DNA of 64,000 nucleotides from Candidatus Eiseniibacteriota bacterium. Its GTDB lineage: Bacteria > Eisenbacteria > RBG-16-71-46 > CAVPCR01. The DNA is taken from NCBI GenBank assembly GCA_963823555.1, contig CAWGMA010000002.1, positions 64,001-128,000 on the forward strand, written 5' to 3'. The notes under the pieces are model-generated. The model saw only the letters and a program-made list of their open reading frames with translations. It was not told the origin of the DNA and ran no database searches. Positions 1-11,098 of this stretch are shown here, one piece after another (the first letter of the stretch is position 1; every line of letters starts with the position of its first letter). The translations under genes were made by a program, and so were the position numbers.

Positions 1-2334
1 GATCTGGCGTGCATCCGCTTCACCCTTCCCGGCGCGGTCACCCTGCTCGAGAATGACGGCAGGGGTCGCTTCTCCTTCTTCACCGAGTTCACCACCGGGG
101 ATGTCGGCACCTCGATCCTGGCCGGCGACATCGACGAGGATGGACATGCCGATCTGGTCTCGACCGGCTGGCTCCAGGGCGAGACGGGAACGATCGGCCT
201 CCACCGCGGCGACGGGCAAGGCGGATTCACGACCACCTTTCTCCCCTTTCCCGGCGCCAATCCCTTCCGCGTGAACGGCGCCGATCTCGACGGTGACGGC
301 CATCTCGATCTCGTCGCCGGCGGCAGCGGGGATGGCTTCGTCCGCGTGCTCAAGGGCGATGGCAACGGGCAGTTCACGCTCTCGCGCACGCTCCCGGGAG
401 GCGCCGTACCGATCTATGTCGCGATCGGCGATATCGACGCCGACGGCGATCGCGATCTCGCCGTGGCCGATCAGGATGGCGAGGTCCTCGTCTATCTCGG
501 CGATGGGACCGGCGACTTCGCCCCGGCCGTCATCCTCGAGGTCGCGGCGTCCCCGCGCTGGATCGATATCCGCACCATGGGCGATCCCGATCGCCCCTAC
601 CTGGCGGTGGCCCAGTGGAACACGGCCGAGGGCGAGGACGGAGTGGATGTCTTCCGCTGGGATCCCGGGCCCGGCGCGCTCGCTCTCGTGAGCCGGCTCG
701 ACACGCCCGGAGATCCCAACTCGGTGGCCTTCGTCGAGCCTGTCTTCTTCCATGATGTCGCCCGCTCGGGTGAGCGCCTGCCCGGGCTCGCGGTCGCCTG
801 CCAGGGCTCTTCCGAGCTCTGGCTCTATCGCTCCATACCCTACGAGCCGCTGGTCCTCGTGACGCAGGAATGGCCGACCGCGGTGCGCATCGCCGACTGG
901 ACCGGGGACGGCATCCCGGACTTCGCGCTCCCGGGCTGGAACACGGAGTCCTTGAGCCTGTTCGCGGGCTCGGGAGCGCTCGCCGACCACGCGCCGGCGA
1001 TCGACGTGAGCGGCGATCCCCTCCACGTGCGCGCGATCGACATGGATGGGAACCCCCGCCCCGACCTCGCCATCTTGCGCCGTAGCGCGAGTCGCTTGAC
1101 CGTGCTCCTCGGCGGTCCGCTCGTGCTCGGAGTTCCGACCTTCACCGAGATGGATATCGGCGATCCCTTCCCCGACATACCCAATGGCCTTGCTGTCTTC
1201 GATGCCGGCGACGACGGGGCCCCGGACTTCGCCGTGGGCCGGGCGGTCGGGAGCCAGTTCTGGGTGCTGCGCTCGAGCACGGGCTATGCCCGCGAGGAGA
1301 TCGCGATGACCGGGGCTGTGCCCGCCGCCATCGAGGCCGCTGATCTCGATGGCGACACCCATGACGACCTGGCGGTCGCCCTCTACATGACCGACAACCT
1401 CTCCGTGCATTTTGGCAGCGGCAGCGGGTTCGAGACGCCGATCACCGTCGTGGCCGGCGATGCACCGATCGCGCTCGCCGTCGCCGATCTCGACGGCAAT
1501 GGGCTCTCGGATCTGGTGACGGCGAACGATCTCGGCGGCTCGATCGCACTGGCGCTGCAGGAGCCCGCACGAGTCTTCTCTCCGCAGCCCGAGGCGCCGA
1601 TCCAGGTCGGGCGGCCCGGCGGGATCGCCGCCGGCCATCTCGATGACGATGACTTCCCGGATGTGGTGATCGCCGGCATCCTGGGCATCGAGATCCTGGC
1701 CGGCGACGGCGCGGGCGGGATCGAGTCGGTGGACTTCATTTCTACCGCGGCCGAGTTCGGAACGCTGCGCCTCGCCGACCTCGATGGCGACGGGGCCGCC
1801 GAGATCGTGGCCGCGGACCTGCTCGGAGATGCGATGGTCGTCTTTGCCCGTTCGCCGGCGGGCGAGTGGAGGGAGTCGATCGGGTATCCGCCGCTCAGCT
1901 TCGGCGTCGATCGCAATCCGGTCGACTTCGCCGTCATCGATCTCGACACCGATGCCCGTCCCGATCTCGCCGTGGTTGGGCGCAGCGCCAACCGGCTCAC
2001 CATGCTTCTGACGGGCGGCATCCCGGCTCCGGCCCGGGATGGCGAGCGCTCCGGAACTCCCCCATCACTCCAGGTCGAGTGGAGCCCGAATCCCTTCACG
2101 GAGGAGACGGGGTGGCGCGTCGACCTCGCCGCGCCGGCTCCCGTCATCCTCCGTTTGTTCGATGCTGCGGGGCGCCGCGTGGCCACGCCGTTCACGGGAC
2201 TTCTACCGGCGGGGCCGCAGGTGCTCACCTTCGACGGGCGCGACGACGAGGGCCGCATGCTGCCGCGCGGGGTCTATTTCTATCGCCTGGAAGCGGGTGA
2301 TCAGCGCGCGCGCGGCAAGCTCGTCCGGCACTGA
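1..2334 (+). CDS. FG-GAP/VCBS-repeat secreted protein with C-terminal FlgD-Ig/T9SS-type-A-like domain (5' truncated by window)
   Basis: Frame is open from base 1. Many DxDGDGxxDL repeats; C-terminus PNPF...FDAAGRRV...FDGRD..G..LPRGVYFYRL...KLV. Confidence 0.85.
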   Translation, partial: DLACIRFTLPGAVTLLENDGRGRFSFFTEFTTGDVGTSILAGDIDEDGHADLVSTGWLQGETGTIGLHRGDGQGGFTTTFLPFPGANPFRVNGADLDGDGHLDLVAGGSGDGFVRVLKGDGNGQFTLSRTLPGGAVPIYVAIGDIDADGDRDLAVADQDGEVLVYLGDGTGDFAPAVILEVAASPRWIDIRTMGDPDRPYLAVAQWNTAEGEDGVDVFRWDPGPGALALVSRLDTPGDPNSVAFVEPVFFHDVARSGERLPGLAVACQGSSELWLYRSIPYEPLVLVTQEWPTAVRIADWTGDGIPDFALPGWNTESLSLFAGSGALADHAPAIDVSGDPLHVRAIDMDGNPRPDLAILRRSASRLTVLLGGPLVLGVPTFTEMDIGDPFPDIPNGLAVFDAGDDGAPDFAVGRAVGSQFWVLRSSTGYAREEIAMTGAVPAAIEAADLDGDTHDDLAVALYMTDNLSVHFGSGSGFETPITVVAGDAPIALAVADLDGNGLSDLVTANDLGGSIALALQEPARVFSPQPEAPIQVGRPGGIAAGHLDDDDFPDVVIAGILGIEILAGDGAGGIESVDFISTAAEFGTLRLADLDGDGAAEIVAADLLGDAMVVFARSPAGEWRESIGYPPLSFGVDRNPVDFAVIDLDTDARPDLAVVGRSANRLTMLLTGGIPAPARDGERSGTPPSLQVEWSPNPFTEETGWRVDLAAPAPVILRLFDAAGRRVATPFTGLLPAGPQVLTFDGRDDEGRMLPRGVYFYRLEAGDQRARGKLVRH

Positions 2335-2341
2335 CGTCGCG

Positions 2342-2950
2342 CTAGCTGGAGAAGGGATGCGCTACATCCCGCTCCAGCGCCTCGCTGCTCGATGGTGCAG
2401 GAGCCGTCCTCTCCTCGGCCGGAGGCGCCAGCTCGACCGGCCACATGAGATCGCGGAAGAAGGGACTCGCCTGCGGGATCTGGCCGCTCACGATGACGGC
2501 GTTCTCTGCCACCCAGCGCAGATCCGGCAGGAGGGTGGCGGCGCTTGCCGGGGGGAAGGCGATCAGGTACGAGCTGCCGAAGGCGATCACGCCACCCGCC
2601 CCGAGGAGATGGGCGATCTGTGCCAGGCGAATCTCGGGGTTGGCCGGGGCGGCCAGGCCCGGGGCGGCCAGGAGACGCGGGATCGGGATCTGGTCGGTGT
2701 TCCGGGACGGCGGGACCGCGTTCGCGAAATGACGTCCGGCCCCGTCGACGACCGATAGCGTGTCGCCACGAGCGGTGAGCGTGTAGGGCGGGTTGAGCTC
2801 GTTCCCGTGGGCGATGATGAGTCCGCCGGGGACGGTCACCGAGTGTGGCAGGCTCGCCTCGGCTCCCTCGACAGGATGGGCCGTCGCCCCTCCCCCGAGG
2901 AGGATGAGAGCCAGCGTCATCAGGGCCAACGTCGAAGTCCGTGCAGACAT
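2342..2950 (-). CDS. Hypothetical secreted protein
   Basis: GGAGG RBS before ATG 2950; signal peptide MSARTSTLALMTLALILLGGGATA. Confidence 0.65.
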   Translation of the reverse strand: MSARTSTLALMTLALILLGGGATAHPVEGAEASLPHSVTVPGGLIIAHGNELNPPYTLTARGDTLSVVDGAGRHFANAVPPSRNTDQIPIPRLLAAPGLAAPANPEIRLAQIAHLLGAGGVIAFGSSYLIAFPPASAATLLPDLRWVAENAVIVSGQIPQASPFFRDLMWPVELAPPAEERTAPAPSSSEALERDVAHPFSS

Positions 2951-3349
2951 GCTCAGCCTCCAGATTTCGCGCGCCGATCGAGCGATGAACGCTCGGCGCC
3001 GAGTCAGGCGATGCAAGGAGCGCGCCGCCGCCCGCGGGGACGTATGGGCTGCAACCTGCAGTGATGGTGCGTGCTTTTCCACAACACGCGTCGAATGCAG
3101 AACGGGTTGACGCCGCCACGACAGCTCGGCAGGGGGGGAGATGTCGGCCCATCATGGTGTCTGCGGATCACCCTGCGGCGGATGACGCAGGCGGCGGGGC
3201 AGATGGCGCTGCACTTCACTTCGGCCTGTGTTAGTCTCCAACCGGGTAGCGTCGTTCGCGGGGATTTCGAGGCGCTACGGGGGCATTGCCTCCTTCTCAG
3301 TCCATGCCGTGATGGTGCACGGACAGCCCGTCTGGGAGGTTAAGGAGTC

Positions 3350-3970
3350 ATGCGCATAACGTCGTTTCTCTATGTTGCCATCGCAGTCTGCACCTTGACC
3401 GGACTCGGCTGCGGCAAGGGGCCGGCCGAAGAGGCCCTCAAGGCTGCGGATGAGGCCATCGCGGCTGCTCAGTCCGAGGTCGAGAAGTATGTGCCGGAGC
3501 AGTTCCGCCTGCTCACCGAGGCTGCAGACGCCGCCCACGCTGACTTCGATGCCGGCAACTATCGGTCCGCGCAGAATCAGGCCAAGGCGATTCTGGACCG
3601 TGTCGAGGAGGTCAAGGGGGCGGCGGAGACCCGAAAGGGCGAGCTCACCATCGTCTGGAGCCAGATGAGCACGATGATTCCGCAGATGATGACGGCCCTC
3701 ACCGGCAAGGTGAACGAGATCACCGCGTCGAAGAAGATGCCGGCGGGAATGACGAAAGAGGAGTTCGAGGCGGCCAAGACGGAGATGTCCGATCTGGTCA
3801 AGCTGTGGGGTGATGCGCAGACTGCACATCAGAACGGGCAGATCGCCGATGCCGTCGATTGGGCCGCCCAGGTCGGCAACCGGGGAGAGGCCTTGCTGAA
3901 CCGGTTCGGCGTTCCGACCACCGCTGCGGCGCAGAGCGCGACGCCCCCGGCTGCGGGCGGCACGCCGTAA
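3350..3970 (+). CDS. Helical lipoprotein (DUF4398-like, tentative)
   Basis: AAGGAG RBS; lipobox LTGLGC; Ala/Glu/Lys-rich helical body. Confidence 0.75.
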   Translation: MRITSFLYVAIAVCTLTGLGCGKGPAEEALKAADEAIAAAQSEVEKYVPEQFRLLTEAADAAHADFDAGNYRSAQNQAKAILDRVEEVKGAAETRKGELTIVWSQMSTMIPQMMTALTGKVNEITASKKMPAGMTKEEFEAAKTEMSDLVKLWGDAQTAHQNGQIADAVDWAAQVGNRGEALLNRFGVPTTAAAQSATPPAAGGTP

Positions 3971-4000
3971 CGCGCGACCCGGAGTGGCCGTCAGGACGTG

Positions 4001-4033
4001 AGGGGCCCCTGAGTCATCGGGGGCCCCTGTTTC
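4001..4033 (+). terminator. Putative intrinsic terminator hairpin
   Basis: AGGGGCCCCTGA-gtca-TCGGGGGCCCCT followed by GTTTC, just after stop 3970. Confidence 0.55.
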
Positions 4034-4062
4034 ATGCCGGTCATCCGGTCATCCGGGCCGCC

Positions 4063-4091
4063 TTGACATGGCCCCGGTCCGGCGCGACCAT
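4063..4091 (+). promoter_or_regulatory. Putative sigma70 promoter
   Basis: TTGACA-17nt-GACCAT upstream of CDS 4198. Confidence 0.5.
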
Positions 4092-4197
4092 TGAGATACC
4101 CATCCAAAGAGGGCTCTCTGGGCGCTCGTTGTCGCGCGATCGATGGCGCCAGCTCGAGATGTGCGCAAGGGGCACGGGCGCTCGCGGAGGTGGTGCC

Positions 4198-4770
4198 ATG
4201 CGGTGGCAAACCATCGGCGTTGCGGCGCCCGTCGCGATCGGCCTGCTCCTCCTGTCTTGCATTCCCGCCCATGGCCAGACCGAGACGGCCGAACCCAACC
4301 TCAATTTCGAGATCGATGTCGCTCCTCAGGACGAGAAGCCGGACGGATGGGTCGTTCTCGTCAAGAACGGAGCTGCATTCGAGTACAAGCGCGGGAGCGC
4401 CGCTTCCGGTCGCTGGTGTGTCGTGCTCAAGAACGCGAAGCCCGAGCAGACATCAGGTGTCGGGATCGCCCTGGGTCCGTTGATCAAGCCCAATTCGTGG
4501 TACAAGATCAACTACTGGGTGCTGGTCAGGGGGGATTCCGTGCGCTGCGGCTGGCGTCTCGGGACTTCCGACCTGACCGAGCTGAGCGGCGATCTGGGAG
4601 CCATGGAGGCGCCGACCAAGGGAGATGGCAAGTGGCATCTCCGGCAGAGTCCCGCCTTCAAGGTCACTCAGGCGCAGGTCGAGCGCTATCCGCTGCTCGC
4701 TTTCTGCCTCGACGGCCCGGGGAGCGTCGATCTCGACGACATCCGCATCGTGCGCAGCGCCCCGGACTAG
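4198..4770 (+). CDS. Secreted protein with CBM4/9-like beta-sandwich
   Basis: GGAGG RBS, signal peptide; NLNFE...PDGW start and GSVDLDDIRI end typical of CBM-like folds. Confidence 0.6.
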   Translation: MRWQTIGVAAPVAIGLLLLSCIPAHGQTETAEPNLNFEIDVAPQDEKPDGWVVLVKNGAAFEYKRGSAASGRWCVVLKNAKPEQTSGVGIALGPLIKPNSWYKINYWVLVRGDSVRCGWRLGTSDLTELSGDLGAMEAPTKGDGKWHLRQSPAFKVTQAQVERYPLLAFCLDGPGSVDLDDIRIVRSAPD

Positions 4771-4792
4771 GCGTCGCGATCTGGAGCCGGTC

Positions 4793-7168
4793 CTATCCCC
4801 GCCCGTTCGTCGCGGCGTCGAGGCCGGCGCGGAGCCGCCCGAGACGCGTCTCTCTCTCGCGTACGAAACGTTCGATCCCCTTGAGGATCCACTCCGGCGA
4901 CAGCCGGGCCTCGGCGTAGACCTCGTCGACCGCGCCGCCGGTGCGCCAGCGGTTGTCGAAATCGGAGGTCATCGCGTACTCGGCGGCGAGCGGGTTCAAG
5001 AGCCAGTCGATCATGGTCCGCCGGGCGCGGTTCGAGATCACGGTCGAATCGACGCGATCGGCCGGGGTCAGGACCTTCTCGCGGTAGGCCTCCGGTTGCG
5101 CCGCGAACAGCTGCGGGCTGATGGCGGCGACGATCTTGACGTTCAACCCCGCCTTGTCGATCTCGGGCAGGACCTGGACGAGGTTCGCCGTGGGCATCGT
5201 GCCCTGCACGATGATCGTCCCCATGCGCGGTTTGCCCGGACGAAAGTCGCGGAGGATGTAGGCCCCCTTCGCCGCATCGAAGTGCGAGCCGAGACCGAGC
5301 GCTGCGCGATCGGGCACCGTGATCGCGGGCCGCGTCAGATGGAGCGCGACGATCGGCGGACCCAGCTTGAACGCGGCCCCGAGCACCACCGGCACCTCGT
5401 TCGGCTCCCAGGGATGGACGTCGATGACGTGGCCGTCGGGGAAGAGCTGGGTCACTCCGGGCGCGAAGATGCCGAAGTGCGTGCGCGAGTCCTCGGCCGT
5501 CTCCGGTCCCGAGTGGCCCACGACCCACAGGGCCTTCCCCAGCTTGAGCGGGCAATCCTGAGCGAGCTGCGAGAAGAGACGCATGAGTCCGTACTTGAGA
5601 TACGAGAACGAGCCGTAGGTCGAGCACCCGGCATAGAAGCCAAGGAAGTCCTTCTCCGGCTCCGGATGCATGTTGACCGTGGCCATGCCCACGGTGATCC
5701 CGGCGTTCGTGAACTCGGTGATCTGCTGCGGCAGGAGCACCCCGTCGGGGTTCTTGTCCCACAGGTACCAGCCGTGGCCGGGGAAGTCGCCGTGCTTCTT
5801 GGCGAAGCCCGAGATGTTGGTCGAATCGGCGAGATCGGCGGCCATCGCCATGAACAGCGGCCGGCCGTACTTCTCGGCGCAGTAGGCGTTCACCCACGCG
5901 CCCCAGCTCGCCAGCGAGGCGCGGTTGGGCTTCTTCTCTCCCGGCTTGAAATAGAGCTCGGCCGGGTAGTTCTCGTAGTCGTAGAGCGCCGGATCGTGGA
6001 TCGGGTTGCGCTTGGGATCGAGCTTGAAGCCGCGGACCTCGGCCGGCACCGAGTCGCCGATCTCGACCAGGCGGTCGGAGACGTATTCCAGGACCTTCCT
6101 GTTCTCGCGCAAGCACGCTCGAGGGCGATGTTGAAGTTGTTCGCCGCCTGCTGCATGAGCGCCGCCCTGTCGGCGGGGGCCGGCTGGCCGAAGCCGTCCC
6201 ACTTGACGCCGTACTTGTCGGCGAAGACGCGCTTGGTCTCCCAGAACTTCTCGGAGTTCATGGGATGCGGCGTGCCGTGGCTCTTGTTGTCGTAGACCCC
6301 GTACTCGCGCCCCTTCCGCGTCTTCATGAAGGTGACGCCGGGGCGGCCGGCCGGGTTGTCGCCGTGCACCATCTCGATCAGGGCGCGGGTGATGTCGGGC
6401 CAGTGGCTCCCGTTCTTCGCCTCGTGGACATGCCAGCCGTAGGGCGCGAACCAGTCGTGCGGCGTGCCGTGAACCACGGTCGAGATCGGATTGTCATCGA
6501 TACCGAAGTCGTTCCAGTCGAGGACGTAGGAGAGATTGTCGAGGCCGAGGCCGTAGGCCGAGTTCTTGGTCTCGTGAGCGGCGCCGGCGGTGTGCCCGCC
6601 CTCGCCCTCGAAGGCGAACACCCTGACCTCCCCGGCCCCGGCGCGCTTGAGCGCGAAGGCCTCGCCGGCGGCCGCGGGCGAGCCGTGCCCCGAGGGGCCG
6701 GTGTTGAACTTGATGAAGAGGATCTTCCCCTCCATCTCCACGTGTCCCGGGAGGCCGCCGTGGCGGCGGAACACCAGCAGATCCTCCCAGGTGAGCTGGC
6801 GCTCGGCGGCGTTCGGCACCTCGTAGCGGCGATCCCCCGTTTCCTTGAGGCGCACCCGGAGCGCTTCGTTGAATGTGGCGAGCGTGGCGTAGATGAGCGG
6901 CGCTGTGTGCCCGGCCACGAGCACGAAGCGATCGCCGAAGCGCTTCTCTGGATGGCGGATGTCCCAGCGCATGACGCCCGCCGAGGAGCGTGGCGACGAG
7001 GGCGTGCACCTTGGAGCGGCTGCCGCCCGGATGCCCCGACTGGCGGTAGTTGAGCATCAGGTCGATGAGCTGATCGATGACATCCTTGACGACCTCCCAC
7101 TCGGTGAAGTGAGCGGCCTGCTCATCGTAGAGGCGCACGGCAACCCTATTCTCTGTCTTCACTTCCAC
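4793..7168 (-). CDS. tkt: Transketolase (long form), split by two frameshifts near 6978 and 6115
   Basis: AAGGAG-7nt-GTG 7168; SGHPGG, DRFVLVAGH, TGPSGHG, ADLADST and GPETAEDSRTH motifs across three consecutive frames. Confidence 0.8.
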
Positions 7169-7361
7169 TTGAATGCTCCTTGGCCGCGGGGAAGGATCGA
7201 ATGACCGGAACCGGCCGGCGAGGGACCGGGACTCATGGCGGCTCACGCGGCGGTTGATTCTAGCCCACGGCGGCGGTGGCCGCCAGCCTGGGCATCGCGC
7301 CGGCGGGGAACCGGGATGCCGCCAAACGAGCCACGCGCCCACCTCTGCTACCATCTGGCCC

Positions 7362-9368
7362 GTGCTTTCCCTCACTCACATCGGCCTCTCCTTCGGCGCC
7401 CGCGCCCTCTTCCGCGACCTCGACTGGACGCTCGGGGACGGCGAGCGGGTGGCGCTCGTGGGTCCCAATGGCGCCGGCAAGACGACACTGCTCCGGATCG
7501 CGCTCGGCGAGACCGAGCCCGATGACGGGCAGGTCGCGCGCTCGCGCCATGTGCGCACCGGCTACCTGCCGCAGGAGGAGATCCCGCTCGAGGGCGCAAC
7601 CGCGCTCGACTGCGCCCTCGGCGCCTTCGAGGCCGCGCTCGATGCCGAGCGCGAGCAGACCGAGCTCAACGAGCTCATCGCGACCCTGCCCGAGGGGCAT
7701 CCCGATCTCCCGGCGCTCCTGCGCCGCCTCGGCGATCTGCAGCATCTCTTCGAGCAGTCGGATGGCTACCGCATGCGCGCCGAGGCCGAGCGCGTGCTCT
7801 CGGGGCTGGGCTTGAGCCCACGGCAGATCGCCGGACCGCTCTCGGCGCTCTCCGGCGGCTGGCGCATGCGTGTCGCGCTCGCGCGCCTCCTCCTCGCCCG
7901 CCCGACGCATCTCTTTCTCGACGAGCCGACCAATCACCTCGATCTGCCCTCGCTCGCCTGGCTCGAGGAGTATCTGGAGGAGTTCTCGGGCACCCTCGTC
8001 ATCATCTCGCACGATCGCATCTTCCTCGATCGCACCGTGAATCACGTCTACGAGCTCGTCTCCGGGCGGCTCGAGAGCTATGCCGGCAACTACTCCTTCT
8101 TCGCCGTCGAACGCGAGCGCCGGCGCGCTGCCCTCCTCGCCGCGCAGGAGAACCAGGCCAAGCGGATCGCCGAGCTCGAGCGCTTCGTCGAACGTTTCCG
8201 CGCCAAGAACTCGAAGGCGCGGCAGGTGAAGAGCAAGGAGAAGATGCTCGAGCGCATGGAGCGGATCGAGGTCCGCGGCGATGACAAGAAGATCCGCTTC
8301 ACCTTCGCTCCGGCGCCGCGCGCCGGCCGGGTCATGATCGAGCTCAAGGGGATCCACAAGACCTACGGCGGGCCGGAGCCGGTCTTCTCCGGGCTCGACT
8401 TCAAGATCGAGCGCGGCGAGAAGGTGGCGCTCGTCGGTCCCAACGGCGCCGGGAAGTCGACTCTCCTGCGCATCCTCGGTGGCGACGAGCCGATCCAGGC
8501 CGGGGCGCGCCTCGCCGACGAGCGCGCCCAGATCGCCATCTTCGCCCAGCACACGACCGACGGCCTCGATCTCGAGCACACCGTGATCGAGGAGGTCGCG
8601 GAAGCAGGACCCGCCGAGCCTCAGGAGCGGCTGCGCGGGTTCCTCGGCTCCTTCCTCTTCCGCGGCGACGATGTCTTCAAGCAGGTGCGCGTGCTCTCCG
8701 GCGGCGAGAAGGCGCGGCTCGCGATCGCCAAGACGTTGCTCAGGCCCGTCAACTTCCTCCTCCTCGATGAGCCGACCAACCACCTCGACATGGCGGGCAA
8801 GGAGGTGTTGCAGGATGCGCTCGAGCGTTACGACGGCACGCTCGTCGTCGTCACCCACGACCGTCATCTCATCGATGCCGTGGCCAACCGCGTGATCGAG
8901 GTCAGCATGGGCGGCGTGGTGCGTGACTTCCCCGGGAACTTCAGCGACTACGCCGAGCGGCTGTGGCGCGAAGGGCGCCCGCTCCCTGGTTACCGCGAGG
9001 ATCCGGCGCAGGTGCTGGCGAGACGCAAGGAGGATGCGGACCCGGCCGGCCGGCCGGGCGCTGCCAGGGGAGCGGCATCCAAGACCGCGGCCGCCAAACC
9101 GGCCAAGCCACCGCGACCGGGCGCCGAGAAACGCGAGCGCGAGCGGGTGGAGCGCGAACGGGCCCGCGAGGAGAGCCGGGTCATGAAAACGCTCGAGGCC
9201 CTGGAGGCGCGCCAGACCGAGATCGAGACCGAACTCGCCACCCCCGAGGTCTACGCGAACGGCGAGAAGTCGCGCGATCTCATGCGCGAGTACGAGCGCG
9301 TGCGAGCCGAGATCGCTTCCCTCTGGGACCGCTTGGGTACCCTGAGCGGCGCCGCCCCGGCCGACTGA
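7362..9368 (+). CDS. ABC-F family ATPase (ribosome-associated)
   Basis: Two NBDs (GPNGAGKT/S, LSGG, LDEPTNHLD), no TM segments, C-terminal coiled coil; probable GTG start 7362. Confidence 0.92.
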   Translation: MLSLTHIGLSFGARALFRDLDWTLGDGERVALVGPNGAGKTTLLRIALGETEPDDGQVARSRHVRTGYLPQEEIPLEGATALDCALGAFEAALDAEREQTELNELIATLPEGHPDLPALLRRLGDLQHLFEQSDGYRMRAEAERVLSGLGLSPRQIAGPLSALSGGWRMRVALARLLLARPTHLFLDEPTNHLDLPSLAWLEEYLEEFSGTLVIISHDRIFLDRTVNHVYELVSGRLESYAGNYSFFAVERERRRAALLAAQENQAKRIAELERFVERFRAKNSKARQVKSKEKMLERMERIEVRGDDKKIRFTFAPAPRAGRVMIELKGIHKTYGGPEPVFSGLDFKIERGEKVALVGPNGAGKSTLLRILGGDEPIQAGARLADERAQIAIFAQHTTDGLDLEHTVIEEVAEAGPAEPQERLRGFLGSFLFRGDDVFKQVRVLSGGEKARLAIAKTLLRPVNFLLLDEPTNHLDMAGKEVLQDALERYDGTLVVVTHDRHLIDAVANRVIEVSMGGVVRDFPGNFSDYAERLWREGRPLPGYREDPAQVLARRKEDADPAGRPGAARGAASKTAAAKPAKPPRPGAEKRERERVERERAREESRVMKTLEALEARQTEIETELATPEVYANGEKSRDLMREYERVRAEIASLWDRLGTLSGAAPAD

Positions 9369-9577
9369 TGGCGAGCGCCCCGCAGGTGGCGGTCTGCCTG
9401 CCCGGAGCCAACTTCGGCTTCTTCGCCATGATGTGAGCGAGCGGATTTTCCCTGGCCGACCAGGACGCGGCATGCTGTGATCGGCGCCCATTTTGCCGTC
9501 GTTCATCGCGCCCGCTCGTTCCCGCGAGCGGGCGCCGGCATTTCTGCTGGTTGCACACCTGGTGTTAGACTCGCGTC

Positions 9578-11098
9578 ATGCGGTCATTGATGATCCCACT
9601 TCTCATCGCGTGTGCCGGCGCATGGGCCTTGAGCTGCGGTTCCCGCAGCGAGACCGACAGGACCGGAGCGCCGGCGGCGATCGATTCTGCCGAGACTCCT
9701 CAGCCATCCATCGACCCCGAGGTGGCGAGCTGGTTCGGACTCGATGAGCAGCACCTCGGCGACCTCGATGCCATGCGCGAGCGGCGCCTCATTCGCGCCC
9801 TGGTCACCTACAACCACACCCATTACTTCTTCGATGGGATGACCCAGCGCGGCCTGAGCTACGAGGCGCTGAGAATCCTCGAGGAGCACCTGAACCGGAA
9901 GTTCAAGACCGGCCGGCTCAAGATCCACGTCGTCTTGATCCCGGTCACGCGTGACGAGCTCATCCCCCGCCTGGTCGAGGGCTACGGCGATATCGCCTTG
10001 GGCGGGCTCACCGTCACTCCGGAGCGTGAGGCCCTGGTGGACTTCGTGCCCTCGGGAGCCGTCGTGCGCGAGGTCGTGGTCACCGGTCCGGCCGATTCGA
10101 CCGCGCTCACGTCCCAGGAGGATCTCGCCGGCCGCGAGGTCTGGGTCCGGCTATCGAGCAGCTACCGGGAGAGCCTGGAGGCGTTGAACGCGCGGCTCGC
10201 CGCCGCCGGCAAGCCCCCGGTGCGCATCCACGCCGCGGATGAGGTGCTCGAGGCCGAAGATCTGCTCGAGATGGTGAACGCGGGCCTCATCGAGGCGACG
10301 GTGGTGGATGACTACCTGGCCGAGTTCTGGGCGCAGATCTTCCCGCAGATCCGCATCCATGACGGCTTCGCCCTGCGCGAGGAGGGGCGGCTGGGCTGGG
10401 CCGTGCGGCGCGAATGCCCCCAGCTCAAGGCTCTCATCGAGGAGACTCTGACCCAGAATCAGGTCGGGACCAAGACGGCGAACATCCTCATCCAGCGCTA
10501 TCTCAAGGACACGAAATGGGCGCGCGCCGCCTACAGTAACGAGGATCTCGAGCGCTTCCGGCAGATGATCGAGATCTTCCGTCGCTACGCCGGCCGTTAC
10601 TCGTTCGACTGGCTCCTGTGCGCCGCCCAGGGTTACCAGGAGTCGCAGCTCAATCAGGCCCGACGCAGCAAGGCCGGCGCGATCGGTGTCATGCAGATCC
10701 TGCCCTCGACCGCCCGCTCGAGGGAGGTCGGCATCCCGGATATCGAGAACCTCGAACCCAACATCCATGCCGGGATCAAATACATGCGCGTGCTGGCGGA
10801 CACCTACTTTCCGGACCTCGCCTCGGATCCGCGACAGCAGATGCTCTTCACCCTGGCGGCCTACAACGCCGGCCCCAACCGGATCGCCCGGCTGCGCCGG
10901 GAGGCGGCGGCGGCCGGTCTCGATCCCGATCGCTGGTTCCGCAACGTGGAGATCGTCGTGGCGCGGCGGGTCGGCAGCGAACCCGTGCGCTACGTGAGCA
11001 ACATCTACAAGTACCACCTGGCCTACAAGGTCGTCGCCGATCGGCTGGAACGCGAAGGCCCGGCGGGAGCAGCGGTCAGGAGCGCACCCGGGCGCTGA
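9578..11098 (+). CDS. mltF: MltF-like lytic transglycosylase lipoprotein (substrate-binding + SLT domains)
   Basis: Lipobox ALSC; SBP-like N-half; SLT motifs QES, GAIGVMQI, AAYNAG. Confidence 0.85.
   Translation: MRSLMIPLLIACAGAWALSCGSRSETDRTGAPAAIDSAETPQPSIDPEVASWFGLDEQHLGDLDAMRERRLIRALVTYNHTHYFFDGMTQRGLSYEALRILEEHLNRKFKTGRLKIHVVLIPVTRDELIPRLVEGYGDIALGGLTVTPEREALVDFVPSGAVVREVVVTGPADSTALTSQEDLAGREVWVRLSSSYRESLEALNARLAAAGKPPVRIHAADEVLEAEDLLEMVNAGLIEATVVDDYLAEFWAQIFPQIRIHDGFALREEGRLGWAVRRECPQLKALIEETLTQNQVGTKTANILIQRYLKDTKWARAAYSNEDLERFRQMIEIFRRYAGRYSFDWLLCAAQGYQESQLNQARRSKAGAIGVMQILPSTARSREVGIPDIENLEPNIHAGIKYMRVLADTYFPDLASDPRQQMLFTLAAYNAGPNRIARLRREAAAAGLDPDRWFRNVEIVVARRVGSEPVRYVSNIYKYHLAYKVVADRLEREGPAGAAVRSAPGR

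Noticed and set aside
6100..6990. Programmed frameshifting in transketolase
   Set aside because: No slippery heptamer recognised; similar indels in groEL and cysteine synthase point to assembly error.
7260..9506. Long antisense and alternate-frame ORFs (e.g. 7260-9506, 12004-14001, 14115-15758, 4625-6295, 59941-61062)
   Set aside because: Shadow ORFs expected in high-GC DNA opposite well-supported genes; no motifs or RBS.
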